DNA of 64,000 nucleotides from sequence record DRR378314_843; one strand, written 5' to 3'. How positions within the stretch are numbered: position 1 is the first letter of the stretch; each line of letters begins with the position of its first letter. Shown in pieces: positions 27,559-38,835 of this stretch. Below the pieces are notes generated by a model, which saw only the letters and a list, made by a program, of their open reading frames with translations, was not told the origin of the DNA and ran no database searches. A program made the translations under genes and the position numbers.

Positions 27559-29259
27559 ATGGATGGTGCTGTTGAGACTGCGGCCCTTGAACCTGTTGTA
27601 ATCCCAAATCTGGTTGCGTTGATCAGTGACGCATGCACAGCCATTGACGCATATGCCGATGCCGCGAGAGGCAAGTGCCGCGCAGCGCTGACCAATGATG
27701 ACGGCCGCCCGGACCGCGCCGCACTTGAGCGCGAGCAACATATTGCACATGGCCTTTCCTGGCTGGTGACTTATGCCGAAACCCTGAGGCAGACGGCGGA
27801 ATGGGCCACCCGGTTGGATCAGGAAGGAAAGTTCGGCACAACTGAATCCCTTCTGACGCAAATCCTGTTCAGCGATTATTGCGCGCAACTCGCAAGCGGT
27901 ATTCCGATGAACCAAGGCGAAGTCATTCGCCCGCACGAACTCGGCATTGCGGCCGAAGCGAGCGCACTGGCTGCCGCAAGCCCCATCCAGAAGCTCATTG
28001 TTGAAGGCAAAACACCTGCCGTGATGGCCGCGGCTGCCGAATGCCTGCCAGATGCACTCAGCCGCAACACGGTCGAGGAAACAGGTCTCGACGAAACCAT
28101 GAGCATGGTTCGCGAACAGTTTGCGAAATACGCAACGGACAAGATCAAGCCGAACGCGCATGAATGGCATCTCAATAACGAATATATTCCGATCGATGTC
28201 GTCAACGAGATGGCAGAACTCGGCGTTTTTGGCCTGACCATTCCCGAAGAGTTCGGCGGTTTCGGTATGGGCAAGACGGCCATGTGTGTCGTCTCGGAAG
28301 AATTGTCCCGCGGATATATTGGCACCGGCTCCCTCGGCACACGGTCGGAAATCGCCGCTGAGTTGATCCTGATCGGCGGCACCGATGATCAAAAGCAGAA
28401 ATGGCTGCCGCTGATATCAAGCGGAGAAATCCTGCCCACAGCCGTGTTTACTGAGCCAAACACTGGATCAGACCTCGGCTCCCTGCGTACTCGTGCTGTC
28501 AAATCTGAAGATGGCTCTGAGTATAGTGTCACCGGCAACAAGACCTGGATTACTCATCCAGTCCGCGCAGACTTGATGACACTGCTCGCGCGCACAGATC
28601 CGTCCACTAATAATTTTTCCGGTCTATCCATGTTGTTGGCCGAAAAGCCGCGGGGCACAGACGAACACCCCTTCCCGGCTGACGGCATGACCGGCGGGGA
28701 AATCGAAGTTCTCGGCTATCGCGGCATGAAAGAATATGAAATCGGTTTTGACGATTTCAAAGTCAAAGCCGAAAACCTGCTGGGCGGTGTCGAGGGGCAA
28801 GGCTTCAAACACCTCATGGCTACGTTCGAAAGCGCGCGCATCCAGACCGCCGCCCGCGCTATCGGCGTCGCGCAGAACGCTTTCGAAACCGGCCTGCAAT
28901 ACGCGCTAGATCGCAACCAATTCGGCAAGCCGATCTTTGAATTCCCGCGTGTCTCAAACAAGCTGGTCATGATGGCAGCAGAGCTCGTCGGCGTTCGTCA
29001 GCTTACATACTATTCTGCGCGCCAGAAGGATGGTGGAAAGCGTTGCGACCTGGAAGCGGGAATGGCGAAGCTGCTTGCCGCCCGCATTGCCTGGGCGGCG
29101 GCTGACAACGCCGTTCAAATCCACGGAGGCAATGGTTTTGCGCTGGAGTACCCTGTCAGCCGAATCCTTCAGGACGCACGCATTCTGAATATCTTCGAAG
29201 GAGCAGGCGAAGTTCAGGCGATGGTCATCGCGCGTCGCCTGATCGAAAGCGCGAACTGA
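27559..29259 (+). CDS. mcd: acyl-CoA dehydrogenase, probably (2S)-methylsuccinyl-CoA dehydrogenase (ethylmalonyl-CoA pathway)
   Basis: N-terminal extension AHGLSWLVTYAETLRQ, LGTRSEIAAELI, AVFTEPNTGSDL, ILNIFEGA; ATG at 27559 after GGAGG. Confidence 0.8.
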   Translation: MDGAVETAALEPVVIPNLVALISDACTAIDAYADAARGKCRAALTNDDGRPDRAALEREQHIAHGLSWLVTYAETLRQTAEWATRLDQEGKFGTTESLLTQILFSDYCAQLASGIPMNQGEVIRPHELGIAAEASALAAASPIQKLIVEGKTPAVMAAAAECLPDALSRNTVEETGLDETMSMVREQFAKYATDKIKPNAHEWHLNNEYIPIDVVNEMAELGVFGLTIPEEFGGFGMGKTAMCVVSEELSRGYIGTGSLGTRSEIAAELILIGGTDDQKQKWLPLISSGEILPTAVFTEPNTGSDLGSLRTRAVKSEDGSEYSVTGNKTWITHPVRADLMTLLARTDPSTNNFSGLSMLLAEKPRGTDEHPFPADGMTGGEIEVLGYRGMKEYEIGFDDFKVKAENLLGGVEGQGFKHLMATFESARIQTAARAIGVAQNAFETGLQYALDRNQFGKPIFEFPRVSNKLVMMAAELVGVRQLTYYSARQKDGGKRCDLEAGMAKLLAARIAWAAADNAVQIHGGNGFALEYPVSRILQDARILNIFEGAGEVQAMVIARRLIESAN

Positions 29260-29293
29260 CCACTGTCCCCTTGGGGCCAGCCATAAGTTGGCC

Positions 29294-30139
29294 CTAGGGA
29301 ATCTTCTTCTCGTAGACGCGAACCCAATCAACGAGAAAACGGTCCGGCAGACGCTTGTCGTCAGGCATATTCGACCACCACTGATGAGCGACGGAGGGCT
29401 GTGTACTGATTTCTCCGGAGAATTTGATCCATTTGGGCGCTTTCGAAACGCCGCCGGCAGAACTTCGCCAAACCTCTTCGCCATCAACGAACCAGATATA
29501 TTCTGTCTCGCTCCATTCCAGCGCAAACACATGCCATCCACTGCGAATACCTGGACGAACCACTTTCTTGTTTTCGGTCTTGTGATGCTTGTCGTATCCA
29601 TCCCAGTGGAGCGCGTGGCTGACCACGTCATTCCAGCCGAAAGCTTCAACGATATCGATTTCTGTGCCATCTTCACCGGATCCGTCTTCCAGGTGCACCT
29701 CATCCGCAAATAGCCAGAAGGCAATCCACCAACCTGGATCCTGAGGCAGTTTGATACGCGCCTCATAACGACCGAAAGCGGTCTCGAACTTTCCTTCCGT
29801 AGACACCATGCCAGACGCATAATCGTGAGGATCGTCATCCTGGTCCGGGTTTCGGTTTGGTATTAGGGTTGCTGTAATTTCCAGCTGTCCGTGACCTGTC
29901 AGGCTCACATTATCTTTAAGCCACCACCCGTCCGGACCCTCGGAGTTCTGCTTTCGATTGTATTCGTGAGAAATCCACTTGTCGGGATCTGGCTGCCCCC
30001 GACCACTGAACTCATCCCGAAAAACAAGCTTCCAACCCGAGTTGGGATGATCAAGCACTGAATAGGATGTTGTGTTGCTTGAGCATGCAACGCTCAGACA
30101 AAATAGAACAGCTGCAGCAAACAAGCGCATTCTGCGCAT
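29294..30139 (-). CDS. glycoside hydrolase family 16 lipoprotein
   Basis: WKLVFRDEF, GRYEARIKLP, catalytic EIDIVE, WHVFALEW, VDWVRVY; lipobox LSVAC. Confidence 0.88.
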   Translation of the reverse strand: MRRMRLFAAAVLFCLSVACSSNTTSYSVLDHPNSGWKLVFRDEFSGRGQPDPDKWISHEYNRKQNSEGPDGWWLKDNVSLTGHGQLEITATLIPNRNPDQDDDPHDYASGMVSTEGKFETAFGRYEARIKLPQDPGWWIAFWLFADEVHLEDGSGEDGTEIDIVEAFGWNDVVSHALHWDGYDKHHKTENKKVVRPGIRSGWHVFALEWSETEYIWFVDGEEVWRSSAGGVSKAPKWIKFSGEISTQPSVAHQWWSNMPDDKRLPDRFLVDWVRVYEKKIP

Positions 30140-31023
30140 TAGCGAATCTCTCCTTGCAGCGGATCGATATCCGCTGGTTCATGTTGGATAATAACTTTCG
30201 CACCCAAGGCCTCAGCCCGCGCCTCAAATGCTTCCATGGACTCCAGGGTCTGATCTTCGTCTGAATTGAATCTTGGGACGCGCTTCAGGTCGCGGCTTTC
30301 TGCCCGATGGTAAAGATCGCCCGTCAGCAGGATGGGGCCCGATTCCGGCATCATCAATTGCAGCGATGTGTGCCCGGGCGTGTGTCCGGGTGTTTCAAAA
30401 ATCACGACACTTCCATCGCCAAACACATCTAATTCGCCGGTGAACACCTGCTTTTCCATAGGCTCGAACAAGGCGAAGAGAGCTTGTTGCTCAGCTGCGA
30501 TTTCGGCTCCCTCGCCGTCTTCAGGGAACATGGCATCAAGTTCACCCTGGCTAACCAGCCAAGTCGCTCCCGACACCTGATCGGCTTGCCCGATATGGTC
30601 GAAATGGCTGTGGGAAATTGCGACATAGTCGATGTCGTCAGGGGTCAAACCCCGATCGGCAAAATGATCCGTCAGAGTCTTGTCCAGCGATACTGTGAAG
30701 ATCTGCTGCGTCTGGGGTCCTGCAACGGCGAGGATCCCCGGCAGGCCGAGATCCCACAGGAGGTTGCCATCCGGGTGGCGAACCAGAAAACACGCATCAG
30801 TGAAGGTGTCGGCTTCGCCTGCATAGTCCCCTGCAGAGGAAAATGCATCAAGATCCGAGACTTCGATCGTGCCGCAATCGAGTACGTCGACACGCAAGGC
30901 TGCCGTTTCCGAACTTTCTGAAACCGCCGCATCCGTTGTTGGCACCTCATCCGGCGCGTCCGCGCCACACGCGACCAAGACTACCAGTGAAAATATTGAT
31001 CCAGCCCAAACCGTCGCGCGCAT
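30139..31023 (-). CDS. N-acyl-homoserine-lactonase-like metallo-beta-lactamase-fold lipoprotein
   Basis: SHSHFDHIG, TPGHTPGH, LTGDLYH; lipobox LVAC. Confidence 0.8.
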   Translation of the reverse strand: MRATVWAGSIFSLVVLVACGADAPDEVPTTDAAVSESSETAALRVDVLDCGTIEVSDLDAFSSAGDYAGEADTFTDACFLVRHPDGNLLWDLGLPGILAVAGPQTQQIFTVSLDKTLTDHFADRGLTPDDIDYVAISHSHFDHIGQADQVSGATWLVSQGELDAMFPEDGEGAEIAAEQQALFALFEPMEKQVFTGELDVFGDGSVVIFETPGHTPGHTSLQLMMPESGPILLTGDLYHRAESRDLKRVPRFNSDEDQTLESMEAFEARAEALGAKVIIQHEPADIDPLQGEIR

Positions 31024-31063
31024 ACTCTACCCCCATGACTGTTTGGGAATTCAATCCCAACTC

Positions 31064-31468
31064 TCAGTCTTTGGCAACCGTAAGCTCGACGCCATCGCTG
31101 TCTGCGATCCGATAAAAACAGCTCGCGCGGCCAGTATGGCAGGCTCCGCCCGTCTGGCGAACCTTGAGCAAAACTGCGTCCTGGTCGCAATCAATGCGCA
31201 CTTCTTCGACGTGTTGCACGTGACCAGATGTTTCCCCCTTTACCCATAGCGACTGACGAGACCGGGACCAATAAGTCGCCCGCCCGGTTTCAAGAGTCGC
31301 CTTTAAGGCGTCAGAGTTCATCCAGGCGAGCATCAACACTTCGCCTGAGGCAACGTCCTGGGCGATCGCCGCGATCAGTCCATCGGCATTGAATTTCGGA
31401 CGCAATTCGGGGCATTCATCCTGTGCGCTGCCGGAAAGAGGTTCGGGGAAGTCAGTCATCCGGGCCAC
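31064..31468 (-). CDS. hisI: phosphoribosyl-AMP cyclohydrolase
   Basis: [37 protein letters not shown] start, alternative ATG at 31459. Confidence 0.95.
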   Translation of the reverse strand: MARMTDFPEPLSGSAQDECPELRPKFNADGLIAAIAQDVASGEVLMLAWMNSDALKATLETGRATYWSRSRQSLWVKGETSGHVQHVEEVRIDCDQDAVLLKVRQTGGACHTGRASCFYRIADSDGVELTVAKD

Positions 31469-31507
31469 ATAGTCGAAATAGCAGGCCCCCGCCAGAAGGA
31501 ATTGGCC

Positions 31508-32701
31508 CTAAACGACGCCGCGCTCGCGCAACCCCGCTTGTTGATCGGAGTCGTAGCCAAGAGTTGTCAGGATCATATCCGTATGCTCGCCAAGCCCCGG
31601 TGAACTGGCTTCAACCCCGCCGGGCGTATCGGTCAGTTTCGGGAAAACACCCTGCATCGGCACATCGCCCAAAACCGGATGCGACACGCGGATGATTGCA
31701 TCACGAGCGGCTATATGTGCGTCTTCCAGCATTTCCTTGGCCCGGTTCACCGGACCGCACGGAACGCCATTCTCTTCACATGTTGCCAGGACGTGAGCCA
31801 TTGTGTGCTGCCGGGTCCAGTCAGAGATCATGTCGTCCAACTCCGCCTGGTTCTCACCCCGGGCGTCGTGCGTGGCGTAGCGCGGATCATCCGCCCAGTC
31901 GGTGCCGCACATGGCAGACAGGCGGCGAAACAATGTGTCCTGATTGGCCCCAATGATCATGAGACCGTCGCTGCAGGGGTAGACGCCTGACGGCGCAATA
32001 CGCGGCAATATCGGTCCGCTCCGCTCGCGCGTATGTCCCATGAGTGCATATTCAGGGATCAGGCTCTCCATGAAGGCCATGACGGTTTCGTAGATAGCTG
32101 CATCGACCACCTGTCCCTTCCCCGACTTCTCCCGTGCGAACAGAGCCATCATCGTGCCAAGCGCAGCGAATGTGCCGGTCATCGTATCGCCAAGAGAAAC
32201 CCCTGCCCGCGCGGGCAGTCGGTCTGGCTCGCCAATCAGGTAGCGCAGGCCGCCTTTTGCTTCGCCAACGCTGGCATACCCTGCCTTATGGCTTTCCGGG
32301 CCGGTCTGGCCGTAGCCGGACACACGCGCGATCACAAGACGCGGGTTGATCTCGTGCAACACGTCCGGACCGAGCCGCCAGCGCTCCAGCGTTCCGGGGC
32401 GAAAATTCTCGACCAGTACGTCAGCCGTCTTCACCAGGTCGCGTAATATTGCCTGTCCTTCTTCGACGCGCAGGTTCAGGGTCAGGGATTTCTTGTTGCG
32501 CCCGATGATAGGCCAGAACAAGCCAATGTCGTCCTTCTTCACTGCGCCCCAGCCTCGCGCCGGATCCGGCAGGCCGGGCGCCTCGACCTTGATCACTTCA
32601 GCGCCAAAGTCGCCAAGCAATTGTCCGCAGAAGGGGCCGGCAATCAGCTGGCCGAGTTCGATGACGCGCAGGCCATCCAGAGGGCGTTTCGTATCTGTCA
32701 T
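31508..32701 (-). CDS. CaiB/BaiF family III CoA-transferase
   Basis: PLDGLRVIEL, AGPFCG, DFGAEVIKVE, RNKKS, VENFRPG. Confidence 0.93.
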   Translation of the reverse strand: MTDTKRPLDGLRVIELGQLIAGPFCGQLLGDFGAEVIKVEAPGLPDPARGWGAVKKDDIGLFWPIIGRNKKSLTLNLRVEEGQAILRDLVKTADVLVENFRPGTLERWRLGPDVLHEINPRLVIARVSGYGQTGPESHKAGYASVGEAKGGLRYLIGEPDRLPARAGVSLGDTMTGTFAALGTMMALFAREKSGKGQVVDAAIYETVMAFMESLIPEYALMGHTRERSGPILPRIAPSGVYPCSDGLMIIGANQDTLFRRLSAMCGTDWADDPRYATHDARGENQAELDDMISDWTRQHTMAHVLATCEENGVPCGPVNRAKEMLEDAHIAARDAIIRVSHPVLGDVPMQGVFPKLTDTPGGVEASSPGLGEHTDMILTTLGYDSDQQAGLRERGVV

Positions 32702-32730
32702 TTGACTTCAATGCACACTACATAGGCATC

Positions 32731-33630
32731 ATGACAAGACGTATTGATATTGTGGAAGTCGGCCCACGCGATGGGCTGCAGAATGATCCCGCCGATCTGA
32801 CCATCGAGCAGAAGCTTGAATTCATTGCGAGATTGGAAGAAGCGGGCGTCAAACGGATGGAGTCCGGCAGCTTCGTCAGCCCCAAGGCAGTGCCCAAGAT
32901 GGCCGATTCTGCCGCAGTCTTCGCAGGGCTGGACCGGTCAAAAGGAACGCGCCATATCGCCCTTGCCCTGAACGAGAAAGGTGTACGCCGCGCCATTGAC
33001 GCCAAAGCTGATGAAATCAACTTCGTCCTCGTGGCCAGCGAGACCTTTGGCAAGCGCAATCAAGGCATGACCCCGCAAGAAAGTGCGGACGCTCTGTTCC
33101 AGATTGCGCCTCTCGTGTTCGACGCAGGCATCCCGCTGTCCGCCACAATCTCTGTCGCGTTCGGTGATCCGTTTGACGGGGAAGTCGATGTAAAACTTGT
33201 CGGGAATCTCGCCGCGCAGGCGCAACGCGCGGGCGTGGGCGAACTGGCACTCGGCGACACAATCGGCGTAGCGGACCCGTGGGCGGTTCGCCGCGCGATC
33301 GAACGGGTACGGATGGAAGCCCCTGACGTGTTCCTGCGCATGCATTTCCATGACACGCGCGGCGCGGCGCTTGCCAATGTCGCGGCCGCCGTGGATGCGG
33401 GCGTGGACGTGATCGACGCCAGCTGCGGCGGTATCGGCGGCTGCCCGTTTGCTCCAGCGGCGACAGGCAACGTCGCCACTGAAGACGTTGTGTACATGCT
33501 GGAGCGCGGCGGCTTCGAAACGGGATTGGACCTCAGCAAGCTGATCGAAACCGCCAAATGGCTTGAAACCGTTCTGGGCCACCCAGTCGCCTCATCCCTC
33601 AGCAAGGCGGGCGAATTTCCCACAACCTGA
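32731..33630 (+). CDS. hydroxymethylglutaryl-CoA lyase family protein
   Basis: EVGPRDGLQN, HFHDTRG, GGCPFAPAATGNVATED. Confidence 0.92.
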   Translation: MTRRIDIVEVGPRDGLQNDPADLTIEQKLEFIARLEEAGVKRMESGSFVSPKAVPKMADSAAVFAGLDRSKGTRHIALALNEKGVRRAIDAKADEINFVLVASETFGKRNQGMTPQESADALFQIAPLVFDAGIPLSATISVAFGDPFDGEVDVKLVGNLAAQAQRAGVGELALGDTIGVADPWAVRRAIERVRMEAPDVFLRMHFHDTRGAALANVAAAVDAGVDVIDASCGGIGGCPFAPAATGNVATEDVVYMLERGGFETGLDLSKLIETAKWLETVLGHPVASSLSKAGEFPTT

Positions 33631-33633
33631 TCG

Positions 33634-35634
33634 CTACTTTTTCGGACCTTTGACTTCCTGAAGGCTGGTCTTCTTTACGGCGCGTCCAAGGTCGACTTTC
33701 TTGCCATAGCTCGGCGCGCCGCTCATTGCGCCAGACACTGCGCTACCACCGCCCCGCACAGTACGGTCCGTCAGTGGTGGGATAGCCATTGCCTTGGGCT
33801 CTGGTGCGTTCTCGTCGAACAGGCTGGCCAATTGCTCCGTCATCGCACCGCCGAGTTGCTCGGCGTCCACAATCGTGACGGCGCGCTTATAGTAGCGCGT
33901 CACATCATGGCCGATGCCGATAGCGATCAGCTCCACCGGGCTCTTTGTTTCGATCTCTTCGATTACCTGCCGCAGATGGCGTTCGAGATAATTCCCGACA
34001 TTCACGTTGAGTGTAGAATCATCCACCGGCGCGCCGTCTGAGATCACCATCAGGATCTTGCGCTGCTCAGGCCGCCCCAGCATCCGGTCATGCGCCCAGA
34101 GCAGCGCCTCGCCGTCGATGTTTTCCTTCAGCAAGCCTTCGCGCATCATCAGGCCCAGATTGCGCCGGGCGCGACGCCAAGGTGCGTCAGCCTGTTTGTA
34201 GACGATGTGGCGGATGTCGTTGAGACGGCCCGGCCCGGCGGGCTTGCCGGCCTTGACCCAATCTTCACGAGCGATGCCGCCTTTCCATGCTTTCGTTGTG
34301 AAACCGAGAATTTCGGTTTTCACGCCACAACGCTCCAGTGTGCGCGCCAGAATATCCGCACACAAAGCAGCCACCATGATCGGCCGCCCCCGCATGGAGC
34401 CCGAATTGTCCAACAGCAAGGTCACGATCGTATCGCGGAATTCGCTATCGTCTTCCTGTTTGAACGAAAGCGGCGCTGTCGGGTCTGTTATGACCCGGGT
34501 CAACCGAGCCGTATCCAGAACGCCCTCCTCCAGATCGAAGCTCCAGGACCGGTTCTGTTGCGCCATCAAGCGCCGCTGCAGTTTGTTGGCCAGCTTGGAG
34601 ACCGCACCCTGAAGACCCTGCAACTGGTGATCCAGATAAGCGCGCAGCCGCGTCAGCTCCTCAGCGTCGCAAAGGTCTGGCGCATTGGCAACTTCGTCAT
34701 GCTCGGTTGTGAAGACCTTGTAGTTGAAGCGATCCTTGTCGTCGCCATCCTTGAAGTTCGGGCGTAGCGGCTTTGTGCCCTCTTCCTCATCATCGGGCGT
34801 ATCATCCGCTTCGGCATCAACATCCATGTCGACGCTGACGTTCGATTCCTCGCCCTCCATCTCTTCCGTATCGCCAGCATCCATCTGCTCGGCAGAGGCG
34901 CCCATCTGCTCCTCGGACTCCATCTCCTGGTCGCCTTCGGAGGGCTGTTCATTCTCTTCGCTTTGCTCTGACTCTTCTTGTTCCTGCGTTTCAGCGTCTT
35001 CGCCGGGCGCATCAGAAGTTGTCAGGTCCCGGATCATATCACGAACGGTGCGGGCAAATTCCGGCTGGTCATGCAGTTGCTCAATCAGGCGCTCGATCGC
35101 GCCGCCCGTTTCGGTTTCAACGCGTTCGCGCCAAACGTCAGCAACGCGCTTGGCACTATCCGGCAATGCCCGCCCTGTCAGCTTCTCGCGCAGCAGAAAC
35201 TCCAGCGCTGGCGCCAGAACTGCGTCTGCGTCTTCGCTGCCCATTGCAAACTCGCCGGACTGGCATCGTTGATCCAGAACAGCGTCGAGGTTTTCCGCCG
35301 TGCCACGCATTGCGTTCGCGCCGAGACTTTCGATCCGCGCCTGTTCCGCCGCATCATAAACCTTGCGCGGCAAATCACCAGACGGACGATGCGCGAAATG
35401 GGCCGCCGGATTGTGGTGGGCCCGGCGCAAGGCTACCGCATCCGCTTCCCCACGAATACGCGCTGCAACAACCGGGTCCAGCTGCTGGGGCGGCGGACGG
35501 AGAGTGATTGTCTCCCCATCGCTGCCCACATCATTGCCGAAGCCAACCTCCACGTCCCGGTCTGCGCTCATCGCCTTGGTCGTGGTGGCCAGCGCCTGCT
35601 TGAACAATTCCTGAGGAGAGGTGTCTTTTGACAT
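33634..35634 (-). CDS. cobT: cobaltochelatase subunit CobT
   Basis: Acidic linker; VWA domain [33 protein letters not shown]. Confidence 0.93.
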   Translation of the reverse strand: MSKDTSPQELFKQALATTTKAMSADRDVEVGFGNDVGSDGETITLRPPPQQLDPVVAARIRGEADAVALRRAHHNPAAHFAHRPSGDLPRKVYDAAEQARIESLGANAMRGTAENLDAVLDQRCQSGEFAMGSEDADAVLAPALEFLLREKLTGRALPDSAKRVADVWRERVETETGGAIERLIEQLHDQPEFARTVRDMIRDLTTSDAPGEDAETQEQEESEQSEENEQPSEGDQEMESEEQMGASAEQMDAGDTEEMEGEESNVSVDMDVDAEADDTPDDEEEGTKPLRPNFKDGDDKDRFNYKVFTTEHDEVANAPDLCDAEELTRLRAYLDHQLQGLQGAVSKLANKLQRRLMAQQNRSWSFDLEEGVLDTARLTRVITDPTAPLSFKQEDDSEFRDTIVTLLLDNSGSMRGRPIMVAALCADILARTLERCGVKTEILGFTTKAWKGGIAREDWVKAGKPAGPGRLNDIRHIVYKQADAPWRRARRNLGLMMREGLLKENIDGEALLWAHDRMLGRPEQRKILMVISDGAPVDDSTLNVNVGNYLERHLRQVIEEIETKSPVELIAIGIGHDVTRYYKRAVTIVDAEQLGGAMTEQLASLFDENAPEPKAMAIPPLTDRTVRGGGSAVSGAMSGAPSYGKKVDLGRAVKKTSLQEVKGPKK

Positions 35635-35661
35635 GTATCAGACCTGGCGCATGGCGCGGGT

Positions 35662-36645
35662 TCAGGCGACCCTCACCATGATCGCGCTTTCCGGAAGTTC
35701 TTCTGCGAAACAGCGCTGGTACATTTCTGCCACCAACGGCCGCTCCAGCTCGTCGCATTTGTTCAGGAACGTCATGCGGAACGCGTGACCAAGATCACCA
35801 AAGATCGCAAAGTTTTCTGCCCATGTGATCACCGTCCGGGGGCTCATCACCGTGGAGAGGTCGCCGCTCATGAACGCGTTGCGGGTCAAATCCGCCAAGG
35901 TGACCATTTTGGAGAGCGTATCCTCGTCGACGCCTGTCGCTTTGGATTTCACAATCTCGACTTCGGCATCGTGCTCAAGATAGTTCAGCGTGGTCACGAT
36001 ACTCCAGCGGTCCATCTGACCCTGGTTCAACTGTTGTGTCCCGTGGTAGAGGCCCGTCGTATCGCCCAAGCCGACCGTGTTCGTCGTAGCAAACAGGCGG
36101 AAATATGGATTTGGCTCGATCACGCGGTTCTGGTCCAGCAATGTCAGCTTGCCAGACGCTTCCAGTACACGCTGGATCACAAACATCACATCCGGGCGGC
36201 CCGCATCATATTCGTCAAAAGTGATCGCGACCGGACGCTGCAATGCCCATGGCAGGATACCCTCTCGGAATTCCGTCACTTGCGCGCCATCCTTCAGGAC
36301 GATGGCATCCTTGCCGACCATGTCGATCCGGCTGACATGGCTGTCCAGGTTCACCCGGATCATCGGCCAGTTCAGCCGAGCAGCAATCTGTTCGATATGG
36401 GTCGACTTACCTGTCCCGTGATACCCCTGCACCATGACGCGGCGATTGTGCTCGAACCCGGCGAGAACGGCCAGCGTGGTCTGCGGATCGAAGCGATAGG
36501 CCTCGTCGATCGCGGGCACATATTCTGTCCGAGTCTTGAACCCATGCACGACCATGTCGGTGTCGAGGCCGAATACCTCGCGGACATTGATCTCTTCCGT
36601 CGGCTCCAGGCCGTCCAGCACATCGGTATCACTCATCACAGTCAT
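35662..36645 (-). CDS. cobS: cobaltochelatase subunit CobS (AAA+)
   Basis: [41 protein letters not shown]. Confidence 0.95.
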   Translation of the reverse strand: MTVMSDTDVLDGLEPTEEINVREVFGLDTDMVVHGFKTRTEYVPAIDEAYRFDPQTTLAVLAGFEHNRRVMVQGYHGTGKSTHIEQIAARLNWPMIRVNLDSHVSRIDMVGKDAIVLKDGAQVTEFREGILPWALQRPVAITFDEYDAGRPDVMFVIQRVLEASGKLTLLDQNRVIEPNPYFRLFATTNTVGLGDTTGLYHGTQQLNQGQMDRWSIVTTLNYLEHDAEVEIVKSKATGVDEDTLSKMVTLADLTRNAFMSGDLSTVMSPRTVITWAENFAIFGDLGHAFRMTFLNKCDELERPLVAEMYQRCFAEELPESAIMVRVA

Positions 36646-36749
36646 GGCATGCGTCTCGTCATCTATTGCAGAATTGGACCTATCACACCTGACGCTTCCG
36701 CCAAGCGTGACATTGGGTCAAATGTGGGTTTGGCGGGCCGCGCGGCAAA

Positions 36750-38417
36750 TCATTCTGCAGCCTGCCACACGATTTCACCGCCAATCACCGTCATTACGGG
36801 CTTCGCTTTGAGAATGTCCGCTTCAGGTATCGTCATCAAATCCCGGTCGAACACCGAGAAATCGGCAATCTTGCCAATCTCGATCGTGCCCAAATCGTCC
36901 TCCTGAAACGAGGCATAGGCTGCGGCAGATGTGAACAAGGCCAAGGCTTCTTGCCGCGACAGGGCCTGTTCCGGATGCCACCCCTCCCCTGCGCGCCCCT
37001 CAAGGTCCTTCCGGGCAATTGCGGCATAGAACTCAATAAGGGGAGAGCCGACCTCGACCGGCGCATCAGATCCCCCGGCCACCACAGCGCCACCAGACAG
37101 CATATCCTGCCACGCATACGCACCGGCAAGCCGGTCAACGCCCAACCTGTCCGGTGCAAACTTCAGATCTCCAATCGCGTGAGATGGCTGCATGGAGGCA
37201 ATCAGGCCAAGCGCCCCGACTTGAGCTACATCGTCTGGCGCGAGGATCTGCGCGTGCTCAATCCGCCAGCGTTTTTCAGGACCGTAACCAAGCGCGCTGA
37301 ATGTCTCGAGAATGTGGCGGTTCGCGAGATCTCCGATGGCGTGAATTGCCAGCTGAACATCGTCCTCAGCCGCGTCCATCATCAGATTGTGCAGTGCATT
37401 CGTGTCCAACAGTTCGAGACCGCTTGTGTCCGGCCGATCAGAGTATGGCTCAATCAATAGCGCACCGCGGCTACCGAGAGCACCATCCATGTAGAGCTTT
37501 ACCGCGCGATTGGTGATGGTGTCCGTTTCATGTCGGCGACTCTTGGCGACATCAAACGCGTTCTCATCGAAGGCGTTATAGATGCGCAGCGGCAACCGGC
37601 CCTCCTTGTCGAGATCCGCCATGATGGGCGCCTCAATCCGCCCAACGCTCATATTATGGACGCCGGTCCACCCACGGCTCACATAAGTTTGTGCCCCAGT
37701 CTCCAGAGCCAGAGAGATGTCGTCCTCCGACGGCGCAGATAGCAGCTCGAGAACGGGCGCCATCGCATAGTCGATCACTATCCCCGTTGCTTTACCGTCA
37801 TCCCCTCTTTCAACACGCCCGCCGGTCGGATCTTCATTCAGATCATAGACATCAGCCGCCTTGAGGGCAGCGGTGTTTGCCACGAGAGCGTGCCCATCGG
37901 CGCGCACATAGATGACAGGGTTATCTGGGCTGACCTGATCCAAATCCGCTGCGGAGGGCATGCGCCCTTCGGGCCAACCTGTCTCGATCCAACCTCGACC
38001 GAACAGGATTTCGCCGGGTTCCTTTTCCCAGACTTCGATCTCTGTCCGAGTGACAAGCTCGTCGATAGATGCCGTGCCCTCAAGATTAAGTGTAAGTTCT
38101 CGTTGCCCAATGCCAAGCAAATGCGCGTGGGAGTCAGTAAAACCAGGGAACATCGCGCTACCGTCCAAGTCGACAATCGTGACGTCCTCGTCGCCCCAAT
38201 CTGCCGATGTCGGCGGCACCATGGCGACTATTCTTCCGTCAGAACCGACAGCGACCGCATCAATAACAGGCTGGTCAGCGTTGCCAGTATAGATCGTGCC
38301 GCCCGTGAATACCGTAACCGGTCCGGTCTTATCACTTGCAGGGGGTTGCCCGTCTTTGGGAGCGCATCCGGCGACCAGCGCCCCTAAGAGCGCTGTGGCC
38401 AACAGCATTTGACGCAT
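36750..38417 (-). CDS. amidohydrolase (YtcJ-like) lipoprotein
   Basis: PGFTDSHAH, KLYMDGALGSRGA, HAIGD, RIEHAQ, GSDAP; lipobox LVAGC; ATG at 38417 after GGAGG. Confidence 0.9.
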   Translation of the reverse strand: MRQMLLATALLGALVAGCAPKDGQPPASDKTGPVTVFTGGTIYTGNADQPVIDAVAVGSDGRIVAMVPPTSADWGDEDVTIVDLDGSAMFPGFTDSHAHLLGIGQRELTLNLEGTASIDELVTRTEIEVWEKEPGEILFGRGWIETGWPEGRMPSAADLDQVSPDNPVIYVRADGHALVANTAALKAADVYDLNEDPTGGRVERGDDGKATGIVIDYAMAPVLELLSAPSEDDISLALETGAQTYVSRGWTGVHNMSVGRIEAPIMADLDKEGRLPLRIYNAFDENAFDVAKSRRHETDTITNRAVKLYMDGALGSRGALLIEPYSDRPDTSGLELLDTNALHNLMMDAAEDDVQLAIHAIGDLANRHILETFSALGYGPEKRWRIEHAQILAPDDVAQVGALGLIASMQPSHAIGDLKFAPDRLGVDRLAGAYAWQDMLSGGAVVAGGSDAPVEVGSPLIEFYAAIARKDLEGRAGEGWHPEQALSRQEALALFTSAAAYASFQEDDLGTIEIGKIADFSVFDRDLMTIPEADILKAKPVMTVIGGEIVWQAAE

Positions 38418-38483
38418 GAGATATTCCTCCACCTATGCTCCCTGTCTGGCACGCGGAGGGAAGGACTTCCAGATTTCGGGCAC

Positions 38484-38519
38484 AAAAAAGCGCGCGCAGC
38501 CAGTGCCGCGCGCGCTTTT
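38484..38519. terminator. intrinsic terminator downstream of rpmB
   Basis: AAAAAAGCGCGCGC...GCGCGCGCTTTT inverted repeat. Confidence 0.8.
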
Positions 38520-38550
38520 CGAAATCAGCAGGCCCGGTAGGGGCTTATGC

Positions 38551-38835
38551 TCAGGCGACAGCTTTCTTTTCGATGTCGCGCTTGATCTTCAGGGCCTTGG
38601 AAGACAGGCGGTCTTCTTTTGCCTTCGCCAGAAACGCATCCAGACCGCCGAGCTTGTCGACAGTACGCAGGGCCTTGGCCGCGATGCGCATGCGGAAATT
38701 CTGGTTCAGTGCCTCAGACCGCAGAGTCACCTGAACGAGGTTAGGGCGGAAAATCCGCTTGGTTTTGATTTGCGAGTGGCTCACATTGTGGCCAGTCATC
38801 GGCTTGGTGCCGGTAAGTTCACATTCGCGGGACAT
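38551..38835 (-). CDS. rpmB: 50S ribosomal protein L28
   Basis: MSRECELTG...[17 protein letters not shown]. Confidence 0.97.
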   Translation of the reverse strand: MSRECELTGTKPMTGHNVSHSQIKTKRIFRPNLVQVTLRSEALNQNFRMRIAAKALRTVDKLGGLDAFLAKAKEDRLSSKALKIKRDIEKKAVA

